From a virus: a stretch of 62,754 bases of DNA. This document shows, one piece after another, positions 46,584-54,500 of this stretch. Location: IMG/VR virus record IMGVR_UViG_3300025324_000001, positions 1-62,754 of that record; one strand, 5' to 3'. The position numbers and the translations under genes are program-made. Below the pieces are notes generated by a model. That model worked only from the letters and a program-made list of their open reading frames with translations, had not been told where the DNA came from and did no database searches. Each line of letters begins with the position of its first letter. Positions within the stretch are counted from its first letter, which is position 1.

Positions 46584-47147
46584 TCACTCAGGTGGCTTGT
46601 CTGCTTTCGCCTTTGCCTCCTGTTCTATTGCCCAGGCTGCGCAGGTGTCGAACCCAACAATGGCACTTGCGCCTCTTTGAACGCTTGCTCCATATCGCTG
46701 AGCAAATCGCTGAAAGCCTGTGCTGATTGCGTCACGTAGTCGGTTCCGGGAGAAGCAGACAATGCCACCGTCCCCCGCGCTTGCTCCACCACTTTCGGGA
46801 GCGGGGGAAACCCCGGACAGGAGGTCGCGACCGCTAATGTTCCGCAGCTGCTCGTTGAGAGTAGTAACGGCAGAATCCAACTTCTGTACCTTTTTGTCAT
46901 GTTCATCATCCTTTCGCTTGGTGATCGTCTGCTGATCCGTGACTCTCTGTTTGACCCATGCTTCTCGAATCCTGGCTTGTGCTTCGATCTGAGCCTCGAG
47001 CGTGTGCAACTGTGCTAGCCCAAGACGGAGCCCAAACATAAACACTGCGAAGACAGCCACCGCTATTGCGAGTAGCACCCATGGGTTGGCGAAGAGTCCA
47101 AGAGCCGATGGAAGGCCTGGAAGAAAACGGGCTACTGTCTTGAACAT
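46584..47147 (-). CDS. Rz: i-spanin (Rz-like)
   Basis: N-terminal TM helix (WVLLAIAVAVFAVFMF), a coiled-coil periplasmic region, and a position in the lysis cassette. Confidence 0.6.
   Translation of the reverse strand: MFKTVARFLPGLPSALGLFANPWVLLAIAVAVFAVFMFGLRLGLAQLHTLEAQIEAQARIREAWVKQRVTDQQTITKRKDDEHDKKVQKLDSAVTTLNEQLRNISGRDLLSGVSPAPESGGASAGDGGIVCFSRNRLRDAISTGFQRFAQRYGASVQRGASAIVGFDTCAAWAIEQEAKAKADKPPE
46625..46909 (-). CDS. Rz1: o-spanin (Rz1-like lipoprotein) embedded out of frame in Rz
   Basis: MTKRYRSWILPLLLSTSSC signal/lipobox-like sequence, then Pro-rich CPGFPPLP. Lies entirely within 46584..47147. Confidence 0.45.
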   Translation of the reverse strand: MMNMTKRYRSWILPLLLSTSSCGTLAVATSCPGFPPLPKVVEQARGTVALSASPGTDYVTQSAQAFSDLLSDMEQAFKEAQVPLLGSTPAQPGQ

Positions 47148-47159
47148 GAGGCCTCCTAG

Positions 47160-47657
47160 TTAGTCAGGAAGAACGAGGCACTCTAGAGAGCCTCTTGCTT
47201 TCATACTCAACACAACTTCATCCGGCGTAGCTCCTGGAGGAAGTTCAATTCCTGACCGTTGCGCTAGTATCCAGTAAAACTCGGCACACTGCCAGATCTC
47301 GTCCTTACCTACATCCAGCTTGCCAATACCAGCGAGTACAGCTTGCCATTCGGAGTAGTCCTTTCCAACTTGAGACATCGCCCATGCCTCGAGCTCCTTT
47401 GCCCATTCCATCTTAGCAGGGAGCCAATAGAAAGGCAGAAGAAGTGAAAGAGGAAAGATCCTCACACCCTTCCTTACTGCCTCAAGAACGAGAACTCTTC
47501 CTCCGAAAGCCCAAGCAGCACCGACGTGGCAGTACTCACTCCGTCGGAAGATGCGGACAGCTTGAGCCTTGACATCGTACCAGCTTCCCCAGCCGCGATG
47601 GCTCCAGGCGAGTAGATCGCCCGAGTGGATCCTTGAACGAGCTTCAGCGTATCTCAC
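47160..47657 (-). CDS. Permuted papain-fold (NlpC/P60-YiiX-like) peptidoglycan amidase/peptidase, putative second lysin
   Basis: GTG start after gaggagacgata. Contains SGDLLAW...YCHVGAA...LEAV...WQCAEF. Confidence 0.5.
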   Translation of the reverse strand: MRYAEARSRIHSGDLLAWSHRGWGSWYDVKAQAVRIFRRSEYCHVGAAWAFGGRVLVLEAVRKGVRIFPLSLLLPFYWLPAKMEWAKELEAWAMSQVGKDYSEWQAVLAGIGKLDVGKDEIWQCAEFYWILAQRSGIELPPGATPDEVVLSMKARGSLECLVLPD

Positions 47658-48099
47658 TATCGTCTCCTCTTGACACTGGAAGTGATGTATGAGCCTTCCG
47701 CTCATCCTCCGTCCAGACAGCACGTTTGGCCTTGTTCACGAGAGCATCGATCGCGAATCCGGTAGTGAGGCCAAGGTTCACCACTATACTCCAGCCGGCG
47801 CCATCGAGTGAAGTGACAGCTGTAAAGAGAGCGTAGGCCGTGAAAACTGCAAAAGCTGACGCCGTTCGCTTCGGGTAATGACGGAACAAATAGTCGAACA
47901 GACTGCCTTCGATCTGATCGAACATCCACTTGGCAAGCCAGTTGGCTATGATACCGATTAAGCCGAAGAGCATGAGAACTCCGAACTGCGTCAGAGCCTT
48001 CGAGCGGAGTACAGCACGTATGTACTCCCCGAAAGTGCCCTGATCCTGGATTGTTTGCTGCACCATCTGGACTCCACCTGCCAGCACCTCGGTGATCAT
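47644..48099 (-). CDS. Holin-like membrane protein (3 TM segments)
   Basis: Hydrophobic helices FGVLMLFGLIGIIANWL, AFAVFTAYALFTAV and WSIVVNLGLTTGFAI, followed by a charged C-terminus. Confidence 0.55.
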   Translation of the reverse strand: MITEVLAGGVQMVQQTIQDQGTFGEYIRAVLRSKALTQFGVLMLFGLIGIIANWLAKWMFDQIEGSLFDYLFRHYPKRTASAFAVFTAYALFTAVTSLDGAGWSIVVNLGLTTGFAIDALVNKAKRAVWTEDERKAHTSLPVSRGDDSEIR

Positions 48100-48446
48100 G
48101 GTTTACTCCTTCCTTGGCTCGGTAGTTTCTCTAGTACTCCGACTCTATCCTGGAGAGCCTTAACTTGTTCCTGGCGCTCGGTTATTGCTCTGGCCGCTCG
48201 AACGTCCCCTTCTCCTAATCTGCGGGCATGCTCCTGGATTGAAAGCTCGTGCCGTGTGAGGGTTTCCCGAAGGTAGCCAATCTCGCGTTCGAGTACCTTT
48301 GTAGTCACGTAAGTAGTAACCCCTGCAGTGAGTGAAGAGGTGATAACTGCAACCACCAACGCTTCTACAAGCCGATCGGAGGAGATATGATCCTTCACCA
48401 TTCCTATTAGGAACGCCCCTACTACCGTGCCTTTGATTTCTATCAT
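48096..48446 (-). CDS. Membrane/coiled-coil protein (holin or lysis regulator candidate)
   Basis: Two hydrophobic segments, then a coiled coil. Precedes the holin with a 4-nt overlap. Confidence 0.45.
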   Translation of the reverse strand: MIEIKGTVVGAFLIGMVKDHISSDRLVEALVVAVITSSLTAGVTTYVTTKVLEREIGYLRETLTRHELSIQEHARRLGEGDVRAARAITERQEQVKALQDRVGVLEKLPSQGRSKP

Positions 48447-48465
48447 TTGACTTCCTTAACCGTGT

Positions 48466-48684
48466 TTATGGCACGCTTCTCGGTTCCGCCCGCCAGTCAT
48501 AGAGGCTTAATCCTCGACAGACAAACAGACGCTCATTCACTTTCGAGTTGGCTACCTTCCATCCGAATTGCACTCGTTCTGGCATGGAAACAAAAGCAAA
48601 CCACGAGCCATCCGCCTGCTGCGCGACGTAGTTGACCGCGTCGGGCAACCTGTAAGTCAAGCCGTCGATGACGATATATTTCAC
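48466..48684 (-). CDS. Hypothetical protein (72 aa)
   Basis: GTG start overlapping the upstream stop (GTGA). Confidence 0.45.
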   Translation of the reverse strand: MKYIVIDGLTYRLPDAVNYVAQQADGSWFAFVSMPERVQFGWKVANSKVNERLFVCRGLSLYDWRAEPRSVP

Positions 48685-48950
48685 GCAGGCTTGACCCAGA
48701 CAACTGGAGGCTTGGTTCCTTGCTTCTGCTCCAGCCACGCAGTCGCTTTTTCTTTTGTGTCAAATCCAACTACTTGCGACCATGCGGCCATACCTGCGCT
48801 GCCGTCCGGAAACACGGTCACGTTGACGAGGTAGACGTTCCCGAGATCAGGATCACTGTCTATTGCATGGACTCTCGTCACAATAGCTGGGTGCTCCATC
48901 GAGCCGTTGTGGTGGTGGTTGCCGAAGATTACTATGTCGCCTCGCTTCAT
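48681..48950 (-). CDS. Hypothetical protein (89 aa)
   Basis: ORF only. Confidence 0.5.
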   Translation of the reverse strand: MKRGDIVIFGNHHHNGSMEHPAIVTRVHAIDSDPDLGNVYLVNVTVFPDGSAGMAAWSQVVGFDTKEKATAWLEQKQGTKPPVVWVKPA

Positions 48951-48961
48951 ACTACCTCCTC

Positions 48962-49240
48962 TTAATTAAGAATCTTTCCGGAGATTGTGATCTCAGTACC
49001 GTCCTCGAAACGCACGTCGCAGCACCAACGTGGGTCGTCAGGCCCTTCCGCGACGTTACCGTACACACGAACCACTTTGCCGACGTGGTTGCCGAGTGCG
49101 ATAGCGTCGTTAGCTTTCCACGGACAGCATTCGTGCGCAGAGTCCCCAAGTGCAATAGCCCCCTTATTTTCGAAATCGCTATACTTCGCTCGCCACTCAG
49201 TGAGTAGCCGAAAGTATTGAGCCTTTGCGCTTTCGCTCAT
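48962..49240 (-). CDS. Hypothetical protein (92 aa)
   Basis: Start refined to MSESAKAQY (ATGA overlap with 49237..50250). Confidence 0.5.
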   Translation of the reverse strand: MSESAKAQYFRLLTEWRAKYSDFENKGAIALGDSAHECCPWKANDAIALGNHVGKVVRVYGNVAEGPDDPRWCCDVRFEDGTEITISGKILN

Positions 49241-50250
49241 GATGCCTCCGTTCCCCATTCAACTAGACAAACTCCGGGCGAGCCGTTTCCACCACGTCCT
49301 GTGACAGTCGTCTGACCGGAGCCACCATCAATATCTACCGTGGCCCCACCGCTTCCTGCGCCACCAGATCCATAACCAGCCGCGTCACCACCACGGCCGG
49401 ATGTTGCAATATCTGCCGTTGTTGAATCTTTCACAACAGCACCGCCACTGCCAGCACCGGACCCGCCAGAGTCACGAGAAGTTCCCCCTAGCCCATCTCC
49501 TCCTGGAGAACTGGTCGCGTTTGTATCGGTGAGCGATACCCCCACGGACCCAACCCCACCGACAGCTCCACCAGATCCGTCAGCACCATCGGCACCAGCA
49601 CCAGCCTCCCAACCGACGCTGGGAGTCGCGGAATCCGAACCTATGATTCCATCCCCACTCTCTCCAGCACCAGACCCACCACCGCCACCCCCAGACGCGA
49701 CACTACTCGCACCTGTAGAACCACCAGAGTCCCCTCCTTTGCCTCCAGTTCGATTGATGTCGCCGCCGGTGGCGGTGCCACCACTACCGCCGATACTACC
49801 TACAGTCCCCCCTGAAGTGTCTCCTCTTCCCTTGAGACCTTTGATCCCTCCGTTGGCGGTGATAATACCACCGAACGTTGTGAGTCCCCCATCATTGCCA
49901 TCGTTGCCGTTGCGCTGTCCACCACCGCTCGTGAGACCTGTAGCCCCAGTTCCCAAAGCTCCTATAGTGACCGATACTTGCTCGTTGGCAACAAGCGTCA
50001 AAACCTTCTGCGCGAAGCCACCACCACCACCACCAGAACCTCCGGTAGTATCGAACCCGCCGCCCGTAGAAACCGAACCTCCGCCGCATCCAGCCCCGGC
50101 ACCTGCTCCGATGACAGAACTCCGATGGCGTCCTGAGACCTGAGCCGTGAAGGTTCCTGACGCAGTGATCGTCTGAGAGTTCGTCCATGAGAACTCGGGC
50201 ACCGGGAAGATGCCCCGCCTCTGTGGGAAACTGAAAAGGCCCCGGTTCAC
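49237..50250 (-). CDS. Glycine-rich tail-fibre-associated protein
   Basis: 337 aa, GGxGG-rich throughout. It belongs to the glycine-rich-domain type commonly found at fibre loci. Confidence 0.6.
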   Translation of the reverse strand: MNRGLFSFPQRRGIFPVPEFSWTNSQTITASGTFTAQVSGRHRSSVIGAGAGAGCGGGSVSTGGGFDTTGGSGGGGGGFAQKVLTLVANEQVSVTIGALGTGATGLTSGGGQRNGNDGNDGGLTTFGGIITANGGIKGLKGRGDTSGGTVGSIGGSGGTATGGDINRTGGKGGDSGGSTGASSVASGGGGGGSGAGESGDGIIGSDSATPSVGWEAGAGADGADGSGGAVGGVGSVGVSLTDTNATSSPGGDGLGGTSRDSGGSGAGSGGAVVKDSTTADIATSGRGGDAAGYGSGGAGSGGATVDIDGGSGQTTVTGRGGNGSPGVCLVEWGTEAS

Positions 50251-50630
50251 AGATCGCCTCCGTAGACGAGCAGATCAAATTGTTCAGCGTTGTGTGGGCC
50301 GCCACGAATAGTCCAGCCGGGCGGCAAAAAGTAAGGGGGGTCATACACCGATTCACCCTCCCATGTCTTGACGCTCGCCGTCGGAGTGATCGCGCTTACG
50401 ACGATTTCTTTCCAGAGACGGAAGTTCACTCCGTCGTGCAAGTAGAAGCGTACCATTCCAGCAGTCGTCGTACCTGTTGCTTTCGCTTGAAGCCGTTCGA
50501 TCATCGCACCGTTGGCTCCCGGAGTGAAGATCGTCGAAAGAGCACCCGTACCATCACGGTTTGTGTTTGCAGTGCTCGTGCGAGCCTGTCCGATGTTGGG
50601 GGTTGAAGCGTATGACGGTGAGGCGGACAT
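50247..50630 (-). CDS. Hypothetical fibre-locus protein (127 aa)
   Basis: ORF between the fibre and the Gly-rich protein, with overlapping stops/starts. Confidence 0.5.
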   Translation of the reverse strand: MSASPSYASTPNIGQARTSTANTNRDGTGALSTIFTPGANGAMIERLQAKATGTTTAGMVRFYLHDGVNFRLWKEIVVSAITPTASVKTWEGESVYDPPYFLPPGWTIRGGPHNAEQFDLLVYGGDL

Positions 50631-50654
50631 TGAGTAATCTCCTGTGTCAGATGA

Positions 50655-51530
50655 TTAAACGATACCGAACCCGAGCAGAACCATGTCAATGTTCGGAGGA
50701 GTTGATGCCATAACACCTACTGTATACCACGTTGTGTCGGAAGCACGATATACAGCTTCAATCAACTGCCCATTTGCTATTGCCCCCGACGTAAAGTCTT
50801 GGCCGCTTGGATGTTTCAATGCTCGTGTAGTGCCGCCATCTACTGCGAGCGTAACTGCTCCTGTATTCTGCGCTGGAGCGTGGTACTGCACTCGCATTCC
50901 ATCAGTATATACCCCTCCAGTTCCTAGCGTTAATGTGAGAGTATGCGCGTTAGCACTTCCCCCCGGAGTTCCAGTGTGCGCGGCCTCCTGCTGATCCTGC
51001 GCCTTGGTATAAGCGTCGGTGATTCCGAAGCCTCCCAAGGTTGTTGGGTTTGTACCTGCGGAGACACGCCCCTTCACGTCTACCGTGACAGATTTGTACG
51101 TTCCCGCACCTACTCCAGTAGCTAGCAATTGTGCATCGGCTACAACACCAGAGCCGTCTAAGACGAGAAGGTTGTTCGCGGAGTTGTCGGCGTGCTTACC
51201 ATCTACCATGTCCGCGTTCAAGTTAGTATTCGCCGTGCCGTTGCTAACCGGAATGTTACCGCTAGCGTTTCCCGATACTTTTTGATTCAGCAAAGCCGCG
51301 CTGATGTCATAGTCGGTGGTCGCCTTGTCCACCAACTGATCCCATGATACGCCGTTGTAATTTTCCCACCGCTTAGTGGTGCGGTTGAACCGCACCATAT
51401 CAGCAACAGGATTGGTGGGTGGAGCAAGAGTCGGATCGAGCCCCTTCGCCAGATCCAGGTCACGACTCTTGACCTCTGTTACGAAGTCCGTATAAAGGCT
51501 GGTAGTTGTTGGATTATTCCAGTTAGCCAT
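50655..51530 (-). CDS. Tail fibre protein
   Basis: The N-terminal MANWNNPTTTSLYTDFVTEVKSRD and NADMVDGKHA motifs are common in phage fibres. Directly downstream of the J-like protein. Confidence 0.65.
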   Translation of the reverse strand: MANWNNPTTTSLYTDFVTEVKSRDLDLAKGLDPTLAPPTNPVADMVRFNRTTKRWENYNGVSWDQLVDKATTDYDISAALLNQKVSGNASGNIPVSNGTANTNLNADMVDGKHADNSANNLLVLDGSGVVADAQLLATGVGAGTYKSVTVDVKGRVSAGTNPTTLGGFGITDAYTKAQDQQEAAHTGTPGGSANAHTLTLTLGTGGVYTDGMRVQYHAPAQNTGAVTLAVDGGTTRALKHPSGQDFTSGAIANGQLIEAVYRASDTTWYTVGVMASTPPNIDMVLLGFGIV

Positions 51531-51531
51531 T

Positions 51532-54500
51532 TCAGACTCCTTTTGCTGACCAGCTTACGTCCTTCGTAATGCGGCCACCTGCAGCGTCCCATACGAAGAC
51601 CTTAAAGCTCGTCGGGTTTGGTACATCAGTGAAATCATACGTCGCGTGTGCAGCTGTTGTACTGAGAGGCGTCACAGTAATTGACTGCACATCCAGAAAA
51701 GCGACGTTGAAGTTTACTACAGTTCCACCAGTATCTGCCGAGTCTGCCGTAGCAACCCCCGCATCGTTCCGCAACTTGACGTTGATCTTCATATTTAACA
51801 CTGTCATCTCGATCAGATCGTCGCCGCCAACAGAAGCGAAATCTAGAGTCACTTTCACGTAGCGGAAGTCAGTAGCATAAGCCGTCCATACACCAGGAAA
51901 ATCAGTCCACGGATCTGTTGCAAGTTTACGAACGCTAATTTTCGGTGTTACTGTCACAGTACCAAAGAGTATTGCTGAAGTAAGATTGACAGTAATCTGA
52001 GTACTTGCTACCACTGCGCCTAAATCCCACTCCCGTACATAGCTTCCGGTTGTGAGACTTGGCATAAAGTAGTTAGGGTAACCTGCATCGATCTGGTCCT
52101 GAATTGTGTTCCACGTACGAGCGGTAAAGTGCCCAGCCCACGTTTCTACCTCATCGATACAGGCATGAAACTTGTTGAGAGGAGTAATCCAAACGTTTGT
52201 CCTCGCACCTGAGCCATCATCGTAGTTATCAGCGTAGAGCACAAAATCAGGAGGCTGCGATACCTGCACAGTTACTGAGCTTGGAGTGCCTTCGTTATTA
52301 GCAGAGTCGATACCTGCGATCCAATAAGTATAGCTTCCGGCCGCTTCCTCGAAGACAGTAGCAAAACGACTATCGATACGGCCGATGAGCGTACCGCCTG
52401 CCCAAGTTACGCCTTTGCGAATCTCGTACTGAAGTACAGGTAGAGTCTGGGTACCATCAGTCCACCTAAGCAAGACAAAATTGTCGATTACTTGAGGAGT
52501 GATAATCACAGCACCAGGTACAGTGACAGTAACTTGTAAGCCTCCAGCAGTACCGTGAAATCCTGCTGTGTTATGTGCTGCAACCCACCACTGTCTAGAG
52601 CCACTCCAGTCAACTTTGTACTGGAGAGTTGTCGTATCAACATCGCCGACATTTACCCCAGCCTCGAACGAAGCGCCGTATCTAATGTGGTAGTGAATAA
52701 CCGGTACGTCGCTAGCAGGAGTATTCCAACTGAAAACGGCGTGGTCCCCAACAATTGCAGTCTGTAAAGTCGGAGCGCTAGGTGCGTTGACAACAGCACC
52801 TGTGCTAGCAGCTGACCCTGTATTGCCAGCCCAGTCGGTTGCTGCCACCCAGAAAGTTCGGCTTCCATTCCAGTTCGCGAAAACTGAGTACGAAGTACCC
52901 TTCGTAGACGCGATTAGCGTTCCGGATGCCCAGCTTGCGCCATAGCGAAGTTCGTAGTGATCTGTTGTAAAGGAGCCTTCGGAGACAGACCACGAAAGCA
53001 CGACGTTCTGCCCTGAAATCACCCAGGTAAACCCGATAGTACCAGGTGTTACTACATTGAGAGATGAAGTCGCATCCCCTACTGAATAATTCCCTGAAAG
53101 ATCCTTTGCTCGGGCCCAGTAATTATGCGTTCCGCCGGCGAGCGCTTCGGTTAGAACGACTGAGTTTGAGCTTCCGGAGTAGATTGGAGTACCAAGAGCC
53201 CAGCTTGCGCCGCGACGAACCTCGTAGTTCGAGAAGTCGAGATCCGTGACACGGTTCCAAGCTAAACGCTGACCGTTCTGAAAGAGAGACGCAGTAAGTC
53301 CAGTAACATTGGCTGGCGCTGCCGCTCGCCCTACCACTATATGCTGGATTGTAAGGCTTATGCCCTTAATAGCTCCCAGAGGAGTGACTTCGATATCCAG
53401 GACTTGCCCGTCGTAAGCTTCAAAGTCAGTTGAGGAAGTTGATCCGGCTACTGGGACGTTTAGTTGAGGTCCTCCATTAACAGACACCTTAACAGCGGCC
53501 AGAAACGCGTTTCGCATCTCCCAAGTGATTGTGCATTTAGTAAGTTGAGGTGTCTTCATTACTAGCTGCTCCGTAACCTTAATACTGGTTACGGTCGGAG
53601 CAGCTGCAAAAGTCACGGGAGTCGTATAGTCGTACGGATTACCTTCGTAATCGTAGTACCCAGTCTCTTCATCGGTACTAATGATCCTCAGATAGTGCTC
53701 ATCAAGAGGCTCGATTCCGATGATCTTGACCTTTTTGCCTGGTGTGATTCGGGGCCCAAACTGGTACACCCACTCTCTACCATCTGCAGGAAAAGGAGAC
53801 GGCCAGTCGTTAAGCGTCCCTTGCAAATTGATGATGTCTGTTGTACCGGTATCAGCATTGCAAAGGTAGGTGTTGAGAGTTCCGTTAGGGGAACGGATCG
53901 TAATATAGTCCGACAAGCCACTTCGAGGGACAGCTCGATCGAGCTTCATCTGACCGGTAGAGTTGAACGTGACTACACGACCTCCGTAGTCCCACGTTGT
54001 GAGATCGTGAGAAAGTGCAACTACGTCGCCCTTCATACTGACAAAGCCCTCAAGATCAGTCTCGAAAGCTACTCTTCTGCGGCGGTAGTACTGATTAGCA
54101 GCAAGCAGATTAGCTTCCTTACCTGCTTGATCCTTATTAGTACAGCCCATGAAGTCAACATTCGTTGTACTAACAGGGTTAGTAACTCCGGGAACTTTAG
54201 CTCTTACGATATCCCGTTGCCAGTCTAAATCGGGATTGGTGAAACTAACCGCGATTTCATCGGCAAGATTCTCTGTTGTGTACTCAACGTGGAAAGATCC
54301 TGCGCGGATATTAGCAGGACCGTAGATAGCCGTGACGGGTAGGTTAGCAGCATCCCAAACCACTCCTAGCTTACCGGTAGCTCGCGATACAGTAGCTCGG
54401 CCGCATCTAGCAATTAAGGAAAGAGCCTCACCTACTGACATCTGCTGATCGATCACGACACTAACGGTTAGGCTATTATCCGAGCAATAGGACCCCCAAG

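Noticed and set aside
49529-50356. Pro-rich ORF 49529..50143 (+) and ORF 49892..50356 (-) over the glycine-rich gene.
   Set aside because: The complement of GGN-rich coding DNA gives PPP-rich pseudo-ORFs. The Gly-rich frame is coupled to its neighbours by overlapping start/stop codons.
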